From the NCBI GenBank assembly GCA_047602425.1, contig JASGHG010000001.1, positions 4,384,001 to 4,448,000 on the forward strand: DNA of 64,000 nucleotides, in the 5' to 3' direction. The stretch's first letter is position 1, and each line of letters opens with the position of its first letter. Of this stretch, positions 1-9,241 are shown piece after piece. Below the pieces are notes generated by a model. The model made no database searches and was not told where the DNA came from. It saw only the letters and a program-made list of their open reading frames with translations. A program made the translations under genes and the position numbers. This DNA comes from Nibricoccus sp. Lineage in GTDB: Bacteria > Verrucomicrobiota > Verrucomicrobiia > Opitutales > Opitutaceae.

Positions 1-612
1 GGCGGTGAGTTGGGAAATGAAGGTGCCGGCATAGAGGCCTTTTTCGATTCCAGCGAGGGCCTCCTCGGAGGAACTCATATAAACGGCTTCGGCGCGCAGA
101 CCCTGATCGCGCAGAAAACGTTCGCCCATGCTTCCGCGACCGATGATGGCGAATTTTTGCCCATTGAGGTCGGAAAGTTTTTTGATCGCGCCGGTTTTCG
201 GAACAAAGATGGCGCCTTGGAGGGTTAAGAATGGTACGGAAAAATCGGTGTAGCTATCGCGTATCGGCGTCTGGCTGTAAGTTTGCAGCATATCGAATTC
301 GCCCTCGCTGAAACGGCGATGGACTTCGATGCCGGGGGCACCGACACGCTGGATTTCCAAGTGCATGAGACGCGCGACGGCGTCGAGCAGATCGGCCGAG
401 AAGCCCGCCAGCATGCCATCGGGCTTTGTGTAGGCGTAAGGGTAACTGTCCGCCGGCGCGCCGACAATGTAGAGACGTTTTTGTCGGTTTTCTAGTGGTG
501 CGGCGCTGGGATTTTCTTCACCACGGCCTTGTTGACAGAAAAATACGACTCCGAAGAGCACGACGATGCGCAGCAGCGAAACGAAAACACGAAAAGACAG
601 CTGGAGGCGCAT
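1..612 (-). CDS. Periplasmic substrate-binding (SBP_bac_3-like) domain protein, possibly the N-terminus of a sensor kinase; runs off the left edge
   Basis: Manual translation from ATG at 612: MRLQLSFRVFVSLLRIVVLFGVVFFC (signal-like)...SYPYAYTKPDGMLAGFSADLLDAVARLMHL...GEFDML...TDFSVPFLTLQGAIFV; open to position 1; missing from the ORF track. Confidence 0.7.
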   Translation of the reverse strand, partial: MRLQLSFRVFVSLLRIVVLFGVVFFCQQGRGEENPSAAPLENRQKRLYIVGAPADSYPYAYTKPDGMLAGFSADLLDAVARLMHLEIQRVGAPGIEVHRRFSEGEFDMLQTYSQTPIRDSYTDFSVPFLTLQGAIFVPKTGAIKKLSDLNGQKFAIIGRGSMGERFLRDQGLRAEAVYMSSSEEALAGIEKGLYAGTFISQLTA

Positions 613-728
613 GATTGCTCGGGGAGATAGCGAGCATGTTGAAAATCAGCTGCAATACAAGCCTTCGCCAAGGTTTCTTGAAGAAGGTTAGTTTACATAA
701 TTTGCCGTGGGTGAGGCACAAACAACGG

Positions 729-760
729 AAAAGCCCGGGCGAAAAAGGGCCCGGGCATTT
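729..760 (-). terminator. Probable rho-independent terminator of the sugar kinase gene
   Basis: GCCCGGGC...GCCCGGGC stem followed by TTTT on the minus strand. Confidence 0.5.
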
Positions 761-824
761 GCAGCGAAAGCCAAAGAGAATGGGAATGGATACGAACTAT
801 CTCGATTCCCTGCCAGCTGATGCT

Positions 825-1919
825 TTAGCGAACGACGCGGGCGCCGCCACCACCCATGAGCTTCTCGACTTCCTTGCGGGTTGCCATGGAGGTATCGCCC
901 GGGGTCGTCGAAGCGAGCGCGCCATGAGCGGCACCGTACTCGACCGCCTTCTGGGCATCGTTGAAGGTGAGGAAGCCGAACTGCACGCCGGAGGCAAAAC
1001 TGTCGCCACCGCCAACGCGGTCGAGGATTTCGAGTTTCGGGTATTTCTTGCTCTCGTGGAATTTCCCTTCGTGCCAGAGAATCGCGCTCCAGTCATTGCT
1101 GGTGGCGGTGTGCACATGGCGGAGGGTGGTGGCTGCAACTTTGAAGTTGGGATATTCCTTCACCGCAGTTTCGATCATGGCTTTGAAGGCGTCGGTCTCG
1201 ATGTGCTTGAGGTCCTCGGCGCCCTTGACGGCGAAACCGAGCGAGGCCGTGAAATCCTCCTCGTTGCCGATCATGACGTCGACGTACTTGGCGATTTCAC
1301 GGTTCACTTCCTGCGCCTTCTTCAGGCCGCCGATGGATTTCCAGAGCGATGGACGATAGTTGAGATCGTAGCTGACGATCGTGCCGTGTTTCTTGGCGGC
1401 TTTGACCGCTTCGATCACGACGTCGGCCGTGGAAGCAGAAAGAGCCGCGAAAATGCCGCCGGTGTGAAGCCAGCGCACGCCGAGTTTGCCGAAGATGTGT
1501 TCCCAATCGAAGTCACCGGGCTTGAGCTGCGAGGCTGCCGTGTTGCCACGATCGGAAACGCCAACCGCGCCGCGGACGCCGAAGCCGCGCTCGGTGAAGT
1601 TTAGGCCATTGCGAATGGATCGGCCAATGCCATCGTCTTCGCGCCACTTGATGAAGTCAGTCGCGACGCCGCCTTGCATGATGAAGTCTTCGACAAGGTG
1701 GCCGACTTCGTTGTCAACAAAAGCGGTGCAGACGGCCGTCTTCAGGCCGAAACATTTGCGCAGGCCGCGCGAGGTATTGTATTCGCCGCCGCCTTCCCAG
1801 GCGGTGAAGGAGCGGGTGGTGCGGATGCGGTCCTCGCCGGGGTCAAGACGAAGCATGACCTCGCCGAGCGAGATCTGGTCGAATGCACATTGATTGGCAG
1901 GTTTGATTTGGAGGCTCAT
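825..1919 (-). CDS. kdgK: PfkB-family sugar kinase, 2-keto-3-deoxygluconate kinase-like
   Basis: SLGEVMLRLDP, GGGEYN, SYDLNYRPSLW, GNEED, DRVGGGDSFASG motifs; start chosen at MSLQIKP. Confidence 0.85.
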   Translation of the reverse strand: MSLQIKPANQCAFDQISLGEVMLRLDPGEDRIRTTRSFTAWEGGGEYNTSRGLRKCFGLKTAVCTAFVDNEVGHLVEDFIMQGGVATDFIKWREDDGIGRSIRNGLNFTERGFGVRGAVGVSDRGNTAASQLKPGDFDWEHIFGKLGVRWLHTGGIFAALSASTADVVIEAVKAAKKHGTIVSYDLNYRPSLWKSIGGLKKAQEVNREIAKYVDVMIGNEEDFTASLGFAVKGAEDLKHIETDAFKAMIETAVKEYPNFKVAATTLRHVHTATSNDWSAILWHEGKFHESKKYPKLEILDRVGGGDSFASGVQFGFLTFNDAQKAVEYGAAHGALASTTPGDTSMATRKEVEKLMGGGGARVVR

Positions 1920-2102
1920 GGTTTGGGAAATAGGCAACGACATCGGAGCGAAACCAACCAGCGCAGTCAACAAGCGAGGTGGACAGGTGTCCGTTTCAAG
2001 GCCGGCACACGGTTGAGATTAGTTACCCGTATGGGACTTGTGCAGTCGTTTAATAGGCATGCTGGAAGTAATTATGACAACTTCGTCATTTTAGCCGACC
2101 CT

Positions 2103-2258
2103 ATGGGAAAGTTGTGGGGTCGCATTTTCGACAAGGCGACGAATCAACCGGTGGAACACGTAACGGTTGAACTGAAGAAAAAGGACGGCGCGAAAACGCT
2201 TTTTGTGGGCATCACGGATAATATTGGTAAATTCGTGCTCGAAGGTGTTGGCGGCTGA
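2103..2258 (+). pseudogene. 51-aa orphan carboxypeptidase-regulatory-like domain fragment
   Basis: MGKLWGRIFDKATNQPVEHVTVELKK...GITDNIGKFVLEGVGG* matches the GxVxDxxTxxPxxxxxV...TDxxGxF pattern but stops mid-domain. Confidence 0.45.
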
Positions 2259-2266
2259 TCAAGGTT

Positions 2267-2298
2267 AAAAAAAAACGCCCGCCGGAGTAGGCGGGCGT
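2267..2298 (-). terminator. Rho-independent terminator downstream of the PAS kinase
   Basis: ACGCCCGCC-loop-GGCGGGCGT followed by T9 on the minus strand. Confidence 0.75.
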
Positions 2299-2307
2299 GA
2301 TGGAAAA

Positions 2308-3690
2308 TTATTTTGCCTCTGGTGGTCGGTTTTGGCCGGGAGCGTCGAAGCATTCCTCGGGCTTTTTGACGCGGAGGCTGTCGCCTTCGGCTGACTTGTT
2401 GTCTTTCCAGCGGGGTAGCGTGAGCGTGAAGGTGGCGCCTTTGCCCACGCCGTCGCTTTCGGCCGAGAGCGATCCGTTCATTTGTTTGGCGGCAAGAGCG
2501 GAAGAATGGAGGCCGAAGCCGTGGCCATCTTTGCGCGTGGTGAAACCATGCGAGAATATCTTGGTGAGATTTTCCGCCGGAATACCGATGCCATTGTCGA
2601 TGACCTTCATCAGGATCGTCTCGTCGGGGCCGTTTTCGACGCGGATCAGCATGCGACGTTGCGAGGGCTCTTTGCAGTCCATGGCTTTTTTCGCATTGCT
2701 GATGAGATTAACGAGGATCTGAAGAACCTTGTGACGTTCGGCGCGCGCGGCGGGCGTTTGTGCGATTTGTTTTTCAACGTGAACGTTGTGCCGCTGCAGC
2801 GCATTGGTGCTGAGTTTTATCGCGTCTTCGATGGTTTCGGAGGGAACGAGTGGTTCGACCATGCCGGCGACAGAGGCGTAGCTCTGCTGCATCCAGATGA
2901 TGTCCTTAATGTGGTCGATGCTCTTGAGGAGCGTCGAGAGATCGGCCATGGTGTCGACACGTTCCTTGTCGAGATTGTTGGCGAGGCTCTCAAGGTAGGT
3001 TGGGAGTTTTCCGGCGCGCGGATCCTTGGCGAAAAACTCGCCGAGGTTGTTCTGATTGTCGCGAAGAAGTGCGCAGACTTTAAAAATGCTGGTGACTTTC
3101 GAATCGCGGAAACGGTCGGAAATCAAATTGGCGGTGACGTTGATCGAGGTGAGGACGTTGCCAACATTGTGAAGAACACCCGTGGCGACCTCGGCCATGC
3201 CGGCCTGACGCGTGGCTTCCATCAGCTGGCGATTGGAGTCTTCGAGGGCTTTTTGCGTTTCGACGGATTTGGTGACGTCGCGGCTCATGCCGAACGTGCC
3301 GATGATTTTGCCCTGCTGATCGCGCCACGGCAGTTTGCTAGTGACGACCCAGGTCACGCGCCCGTCGGGCCAGACTTCTTTTTCGAGTTTTTCCAAAATG
3401 GGCTGCCCTGTTTGCATGATGGCCTGTTCATCGGCGAACGCGTTTCGCGCGTGCGCATCGGCAAAGAAATCGAAATCGGTTTTGCCGATGTAGTCCTCCA
3501 CTTTTTTGCCGTCGCGCAGAGCCTTGGCCTTGCTCAGCGTGATGAAGCGTGACTGCAGATCCTTAAAATAGATCTGGTCGGGAATGTTATCCAGGAAGGC
3601 GCTGAGGAGCAGGTTCTCGATATTGGGAATCGGCGAGCCGGAAGCGGTGGTGGGCACGGGGTGGGCGGGATTTTCCTGGGGCTGACTCAT
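2308..3690 (-). CDS. PAS-domain sensor histidine kinase
   Basis: PAS (IYFKDLQSRF...IGKTDFDFF), H-box ATGVLHNVGNVL, N-box QILVNLISNA, DNGIGI, GHGFGL. Confidence 0.9.
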   Translation of the reverse strand: MSQPQENPAHPVPTTASGSPIPNIENLLLSAFLDNIPDQIYFKDLQSRFITLSKAKALRDGKKVEDYIGKTDFDFFADAHARNAFADEQAIMQTGQPILEKLEKEVWPDGRVTWVVTSKLPWRDQQGKIIGTFGMSRDVTKSVETQKALEDSNRQLMEATRQAGMAEVATGVLHNVGNVLTSINVTANLISDRFRDSKVTSIFKVCALLRDNQNNLGEFFAKDPRAGKLPTYLESLANNLDKERVDTMADLSTLLKSIDHIKDIIWMQQSYASVAGMVEPLVPSETIEDAIKLSTNALQRHNVHVEKQIAQTPAARAERHKVLQILVNLISNAKKAMDCKEPSQRRMLIRVENGPDETILMKVIDNGIGIPAENLTKIFSHGFTTRKDGHGFGLHSSALAAKQMNGSLSAESDGVGKGATFTLTLPRWKDNKSAEGDSLRVKKPEECFDAPGQNRPPEAK

Positions 3691-3692
3691 GG

Positions 3693-5930
3693 TTAGAAGG
3701 GGCGGTTGGTTGAACGTGCTTTGTTAATGGCGTCGATGTTGCGTTGGAGAGCTTCGCGAATGCCGGCGATCGTAACGGGTTTTGAGAGGTAGTCGTCCAT
3801 GCCGGCTTGCAGGAGGCGTTCGCGTTCCGTGGGAAGAGCGTTGGCGGTGAGGGCGATGAGGCGCAAATGCTTTTTATACCTGACATCGCCGCCAGCTTGG
3901 GCCTTGCGAATGATTTGGGTGGCTTCCACGCCGTCGAGGACGGGCATTTGTTCGTCCATGAACACGATGTCGTACGGGGTGCGCTGGAGCGCGGAAATGG
4001 CCTGCTGCCCGTCATTGGCGAAGTCCGCGGTGTAGCCGAGCCTTTGGAGCTGGTGGCCGGTTACGGTGCGGTTGACGGCATTGTCATCCACCACGAGAAT
4101 GCTGAGCGCTGCATTGGTTCGGAAAAGCGGGGTTTCGACGAGGGCGCTTTCCGCCACACCCGAACCGGGCGCCATGGTCTCGATGATGGTGTTGAAAAGA
4201 GGCGTGGGTTTGACGGGTTTGAGCAGGCAGGCAGAGAGACAATATTGCTTGAGTTGCTCGCCCGTTAGGTGATCGCCGAGGGAGGTGATGAGCACCATTT
4301 TCGGCCGCGGAATGTCGAGATTGGACGCGATGCTCGTGGCAACGGCCAGTCCGTCCATTTCCGGCATGTGGTAGTCGAGCAGCACCAAATCGTATGGCAT
4401 GCCTTCCATCACGGCATGCTTGAGAGCGGTGAGCGCGGCGGGGCCGCTGTCGACGGAGTCGTGCGCCACCTGGCGGTAGGTTAGCTGATGATGGAGAACT
4501 TTGCGGTTGGTTTCGTTGTCGTCGACAATAAGGACGCGTTTTGCGGGAATGGCAAAAGGGGTGGCGCTGGGAGGCGAAGGCTGGGCGTGCTCAAGACAGG
4601 CGGTGAACCAGAATTTACTTCCTTTTCCTGGTTCGCCGATCACGCCGATTTCGCCGCCCATCATTTCCACGAGGCGTTTGCAGATCGCGAGGCCGAGTCC
4701 GGTGCCGCCATATTTGCGGCTCGTGGAGTTATCGCCCTGGGTGAAGGGCTGGAAAAGTATTTCCTGAACCTTTTGCGAGATGCCAATTCCGGTGTCGGAC
4801 ACTTCGAACCGCACAGTCAGCTCCTGCGCGCTGAAGCGTTCCAAGGTGACATGCAGGAAAACTTCGCCCTGATCGGTGAATTTGACGGCGTTGCCGAGAA
4901 GATTGAAAAGCACCTGGCGCAACCGCGTGGCATCGCCACGGAGGCGTCGTGGAACCTCGTTTTCAATGAGGCAGGCCAGTTCGAGCTTTTTGCTGGCGGC
5001 GGGCTGGGCCTGCACGTCGAGCGCGGAATTGACGACGTCGGCGAGAGTGAAATCGGTTTTTTCCAGGATGACCTTGCCGGCCTCGATCTTGGAGAAGTCG
5101 AGGATTTCGTTGACCACGGTCAGCAGGGCTTCGCCGCTATGGCAGAGCGTCTGGACGAAATCCCGCTGGAGATTGGTTAAGTCGGTTTGAAGCAGAAGGT
5201 CCCCCATGCCAATGATGCCATTGAGGGGAGTGCGCACCTCGTGGCTCATGTTTGCGAGGAACATGCTTTTCGCATGGTTGGCGGCCTCGGCGGCGTCCTT
5301 GGCCTTGAGGAGCTCGACTTCGATATTGGTTCTTTCGATGATTTCGGAAGAGAGCTTGCGATTGGTCGCCATCAACTCGGCCGTGCGCTCGGCGACGGCC
5401 TGTTCGAGATTCTGCACGCGCGTGCGCGTCTGTTGCAGCAACGACCATTTTTCGGTGAGGGTATTGGCGATCTGGCGGACCTCGATGTTGTCGAAAGGTT
5501 TTTTGAGAATGAGCAGGCGGTCGCTCATTCCAAGGCGTTTTATAACCTCTTCCCAGGAGTAATCGGAGTAGGCGGTGCAGAGCACGGCCTGCAAATCGGG
5601 ATCTATTCTCCAAATGCGTTCAAGGGCCTCGACGCCGTCAATGCCCGGGGGCATGCGCACGTCGACGAACGCCATGGCGTAGGGTTTTCCAGCGGTGATG
5701 GCCTGGGAAACTTTTTCAATGCCGTCGAGCCCCTGATAGGCGGAGTCGATGTGATAAAAATTTTCCTCCGCGAAAGGCGCGCGACTTAAGGCGCCAAACA
5801 ATTCCTTCTCCAAATCGTCCAGACCCTTTTTCGATTCATCCCTCGGACGCAAAATCCGCGAAAAATCCTCGTGGATGGCGTGGTTGTCGTCGATGACGAG
5901 AATGCGTCGGTTTTTTTCGTGAGCGGACAT
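3693..5930 (-). CDS. Hybrid histidine kinase (REC-HisKA-HATPase-REC-REC)
   Basis: N-terminal receiver ILVIDD...[39 protein letters not shown], two C-terminal receivers. Confidence 0.92.
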   Translation of the reverse strand: MSAHEKNRRILVIDDNHAIHEDFSRILRPRDESKKGLDDLEKELFGALSRAPFAEENFYHIDSAYQGLDGIEKVSQAITAGKPYAMAFVDVRMPPGIDGVEALERIWRIDPDLQAVLCTAYSDYSWEEVIKRLGMSDRLLILKKPFDNIEVRQIANTLTEKWSLLQQTRTRVQNLEQAVAERTAELMATNRKLSSEIIERTNIEVELLKAKDAAEAANHAKSMFLANMSHEVRTPLNGIIGMGDLLLQTDLTNLQRDFVQTLCHSGEALLTVVNEILDFSKIEAGKVILEKTDFTLADVVNSALDVQAQPAASKKLELACLIENEVPRRLRGDATRLRQVLFNLLGNAVKFTDQGEVFLHVTLERFSAQELTVRFEVSDTGIGISQKVQEILFQPFTQGDNSTSRKYGGTGLGLAICKRLVEMMGGEIGVIGEPGKGSKFWFTACLEHAQPSPPSATPFAIPAKRVLIVDDNETNRKVLHHQLTYRQVAHDSVDSGPAALTALKHAVMEGMPYDLVLLDYHMPEMDGLAVATSIASNLDIPRPKMVLITSLGDHLTGEQLKQYCLSACLLKPVKPTPLFNTIIETMAPGSGVAESALVETPLFRTNAALSILVVDDNAVNRTVTGHQLQRLGYTADFANDGQQAISALQRTPYDIVFMDEQMPVLDGVEATQIIRKAQAGGDVRYKKHLRLIALTANALPTERERLLQAGMDDYLSKPVTIAGIREALQRNIDAINKARSTNRPF

Positions 5931-6195
5931 GAAAGCGTTTGAAGGCGGGAGGGGAACGCGGGCTGCGGGCGAGGGCTCGCGTAAAAACTTTGGGAAAGAA
6001 TGAGCTGATTCAATATCGACGCAATTCTATGCAGCTTGAGGTGTTTACCCTCGTTTTCGTGCGACGACAAAGTAGGTAACATTTAAAACTACTGTAGGTC
6101 TTCGATGGGTGAAGTCCGCCCATTGCAAGTGGTTAGCAAGGTGTCGGATGATTTGCAAAATTGGTTAGGGTTTTTACCCGATCCGCGTTGCGCAC

Positions 6196-6224
6196 AAAAA
6201 AACCGCGGTTTTGACCGCGGCTTT
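6196..6224 (-). terminator. Probable terminator after the LarA-family gene
   Basis: CCGCGG-TCAAAA-CCGCGG followed by T7 on the minus strand. Confidence 0.55.
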
Positions 6225-6256
6225 GGAAAGCGAGTTTTGCCTTGAAAACGTAGAGC

Positions 6257-7531
6257 TTACTGCTCGAAACGTCCGCGATACGCCCAGAGGCCAAGCGCGG
6301 GATTCGAGATGTAGAAGAACTTCTCGCCGTCGGCTCCGGTGTTCCAGCCATCCTTGAGCTTTTCCGGGTTGTAACGCGCAGTCATCGTCTTGAGGTCGGC
6401 ATACTTGAAACCTACGCTCTCGATCTCGGCCTGCGTGAGATGACCGGGGCAATAAGTGATGTTGAAACGGCCTTCGCTCGAACCGTGGATCAAGTGCGCG
6501 GCGGCGCTCAGGTTATTGCGGAGCTCCTCGTTGGCCTTCGTCGCGGCGAGTGTCTTGGGCGTGCCGAAATAACCGTACTTCCTAATCAGCCGGTCGATCT
6601 CGTGGTCTTCACCGAACTCTTTCAAACCGGGAGCGAGAATGATAAGCTCGCCCTTGTCGGCCATGGCCATGCGGGTGCGGTAAATGGCCTTGTTGCCGAG
6701 CCAGGTGCTCTTGAATTCCGATGGATCGAGGTAAACGACGACTTTGTTGAGTTGCACGTCGAGCATCTGGAAGTTGACCTCAAGCGAGAGCTTGGCGGCC
6801 TTGTTGAACACCTCGTGATCGTCGCCGATGTAGAGCCCGCGCACGTGGAGTTTGCCGTCTTCGCCGCGGCCGACCACGGTGTGAATATATACGATCGGCA
6901 AGTGGCTGGTGAACTTCTCGCCGGCGTAGTTGAGGATTTTGCGCACGGGGGTGTTGGCGCGGCCCATCATGCGTTCCATGCCGTAGGCGGCGCCGACGAA
7001 ATGGCTCTTGTTGATGCCCTCCTGGCCGCCGGTGCCGACGAAGATGTTCTTGTTGTAGTTCGCCATGCCGATGACCTCGTGGGGAACCACTTGACCGATG
7101 GAAAGTATCAGATCGTGTTTGCCGGTGGCGATGAGGTTGGCAACCTGTGCGGGCCACGGGAAATCGACGGCGCCTTCGGAAACTTCCTTCACGAATTCCG
7201 CCGGCACGGTGCCGACGGTTGTGATGCCGGTGCGCCAGTTGTGTACGCGGAAAAGCGATTCGGGCACGCCGGGGAACATCTCGTGGATCTGCTCGGATGT
7301 CATCGGCGAATGCGTGCCGAGAGCGGGGAGGACGTCGGTTAGATTTTTGCCGTAGTACTCGTGGACGAGGCTGGTGAGGCGTCCGGCCTGCGAGTGGAAG
7401 CGAGTGAAGTCCGGTGGCACGGCGAGCACGCGTTTGCGGGCGCCGAGTTTGTCGAGGGCCTGTTTGAGGGCCGCGCGCATATCGTCGACGGAAATTTTAT
7501 CGGTAGGGGAGCCGCGTTCGAAGTAGAGCAT
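6257..7531 (-). CDS. Lactate racemase (LarA/DUF2088) domain protein, probable sugar-acid epimerase
   Basis: PPDFTR, ALGTH, VHNWR, VVPHEVIGMANYNKN motifs. Confidence 0.8.
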   Translation of the reverse strand: MLYFERGSPTDKISVDDMRAALKQALDKLGARKRVLAVPPDFTRFHSQAGRLTSLVHEYYGKNLTDVLPALGTHSPMTSEQIHEMFPGVPESLFRVHNWRTGITTVGTVPAEFVKEVSEGAVDFPWPAQVANLIATGKHDLILSIGQVVPHEVIGMANYNKNIFVGTGGQEGINKSHFVGAAYGMERMMGRANTPVRKILNYAGEKFTSHLPIVYIHTVVGRGEDGKLHVRGLYIGDDHEVFNKAAKLSLEVNFQMLDVQLNKVVVYLDPSEFKSTWLGNKAIYRTRMAMADKGELIILAPGLKEFGEDHEIDRLIRKYGYFGTPKTLAATKANEELRNNLSAAAHLIHGSSEGRFNITYCPGHLTQAEIESVGFKYADLKTMTARYNPEKLKDGWNTGADGEKFFYISNPALGLWAYRGRFEQ

Positions 7532-7554
7532 GGGAGAAGGATTCGGAAGAGAGG

Positions 7555-7785
7555 CCCAAGGTCAGAAGCCGGAGGCCAGATGTCGGTTTCGGAGGTCGGA
7601 AGTCGGAAGTCAGAGTTCGGAGTGTGCAGAATGGAAAACAGAGGCCGGAGACCGGAGAACAAACGTGATCATATTTGTTAAAGAAGCGAGCGTCCGAAAA
7701 GCAAAAGACCGCGAAGCATGAAGGCTCGCGGTCTTATTGTTTTCAAATGCTGGTATCCGGCATCTGGCTTCTAGCCTCTGGTTCG
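7555..7785. repeat. Intergenic degenerate heptamer tandem repeats in inverted arrangement
   Basis: GGAGGTC GGAAGTC GGAAGTC AGAGTTC... on the left; complementary CTGGTAT CCGGCAT CTGGCTT CTAGCCT on the right. Confidence 0.6.
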
Positions 7786-7786
7786 A

Positions 7787-8869
7787 TCAGCGTTGGATGC
7801 GGGCGGAGCCGCCTTTGGCGAAGGCTTTCACCTGTTCGACCGTCGCCATGGTGGTGTCGCCGGGGAAGGTGGTGAGCAGCGCGCCATGCGACCAGCCGAG
7901 GTTGACGGATTCCTGTTCGGAAGCGCCGCTGAGCAAGCCGTAGAAGAAGCCGGTCGCGTAACCGTCGCCGCCGCCGACGCGATCGACGACGTCGAGTTCG
8001 CACATCGGGGATTGGTAGGTCTTGCCGTTGACCCAAGCGACCGCGCCCCAAGTGTGGCGGTTGGTCGAGTGAACTTCGCGCAACGTCGTCGCGACGGCTT
8101 TCACGTTCGGGAATTTCTTGGTGGCCTTTTCGATGACGGCGTAGAACGCGGTCGGATCGAGCTTCGACTTCGACTCGACGTCCTGGCCTTCGATGCCGAG
8201 GCCCTTCTGAAGGTCTTCTTCGTTGCCGACGAGAACGTCGACGTGCTGCACAATGCGGCCGAGCACATCGAGCGCCTTGGACTGGCCGCCCCAGATGTCC
8301 CAGAGCTTTTGACGGTAGTTGAGGTCGAAGGAGGTGATTGCACCGGCCTTCTTGGCGGCCTGCATGGCTTCGACGATCAGTTCGCCGGTCGTTTCCGACA
8401 GCGCCGCGAAGATGCCGCCGCTATGGAACCAACGCACGCCCTGTCCAAAAATTTGTGCCCAATCGAAGTCGCCCTTCTTGAGCTGACCGGCGGCTTCGTT
8501 GGAACGGTTATAAAACACCACCGGAGCGCGCACGCCCTGGCCGCGATCGGAGTAAACGGTCGCCATATTCGGGCCGCGCACGCCGTCGTGTTTGAACTTC
8601 TTGTAGAAAGGTTTCACGCCCATCGCGCGCACGCGTTCCGCGATCAAATCGCCGATCGGGTAATCGACCATGGCGCTCGCGACCGCGGTATTCAGGCGGA
8701 AGCAATCCGAGAGATTGGCCGAAACGTTGAACTCGCCGCCACTGACATGAATGTCGCAATGGTTTGCCTTGCGAAAGGGGATGATACCGGGATCGAGGCG
8801 ATGAACCAGCGCGCCGAGCGAGAGAAAATCGATGGCGCCATCTTGGCGGATATTCAGGGAGTTACTCAT
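7787..8869 (-). CDS. kdgK: Second PfkB-family KdgK-like sugar kinase
   Basis: SGGEFNV, SFDLNYR, GNEED, DRVGGGDGYATG; clear paralog of 825..1919. Confidence 0.82.
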   Translation of the reverse strand: MSNSLNIRQDGAIDFLSLGALVHRLDPGIIPFRKANHCDIHVSGGEFNVSANLSDCFRLNTAVASAMVDYPIGDLIAERVRAMGVKPFYKKFKHDGVRGPNMATVYSDRGQGVRAPVVFYNRSNEAAGQLKKGDFDWAQIFGQGVRWFHSGGIFAALSETTGELIVEAMQAAKKAGAITSFDLNYRQKLWDIWGGQSKALDVLGRIVQHVDVLVGNEEDLQKGLGIEGQDVESKSKLDPTAFYAVIEKATKKFPNVKAVATTLREVHSTNRHTWGAVAWVNGKTYQSPMCELDVVDRVGGGDGYATGFFYGLLSGASEQESVNLGWSHGALLTTFPGDTTMATVEQVKAFAKGGSARIQR

Positions 8870-9006
8870 ATTTGTGGAGGTTGTGTATGGTATGGGAGTG
8901 TGTGACGAAAGGGAGCCGCGAACCTACCGGTTTGGCGGTGAATGAAAAGCAAAAATACGGCGTCGTGTCTTCGGGTGCGCATTCCTTGTCATCTCAAGAC
9001 ATTGGG

Positions 9007-9132
9007 CCACAGAGAGCACAGAGCTCGGACACAGAGTTCACGGAGCGGCAATGGGGTGCCTTTGTAATCCTCCTTACTTCTTCAGTGGTTTGACTCCGTG
9101 TTCTCTGTGTCGGAGCTCTGTGTCCTCTGTGG
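9007..9132. repeat. Long intergenic hairpin built from ~9-bp CACAGAG units
   Basis: GCCACAGAGAGCACAGAGCTCGGACACAGAGTTCACGGAG ... CTCCGTGTTCTCTGTGTCGGAGCTCTGTGTCCTCTGTGGC. Confidence 0.8.
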
Positions 9133-9241
9133 CAAAAATGTCTGCATTCATTTCAAATCACTGTACTGGCTGACCTTGGTTTGCCTCTTGCCAATCCGAG
9201 CTTCCTCATAACTTCCTCTTTTCCACCATTCGCCGATTTCA

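Noticed and set aside
615..1604. Long + strand ORFs opposite real genes (also 2482..3552, 7793..8905, 17426..18784, 42116..43924, and minus-strand 55364..56509)
   Set aside because: Antisense shadows of high-GC genes with no recognisable motifs
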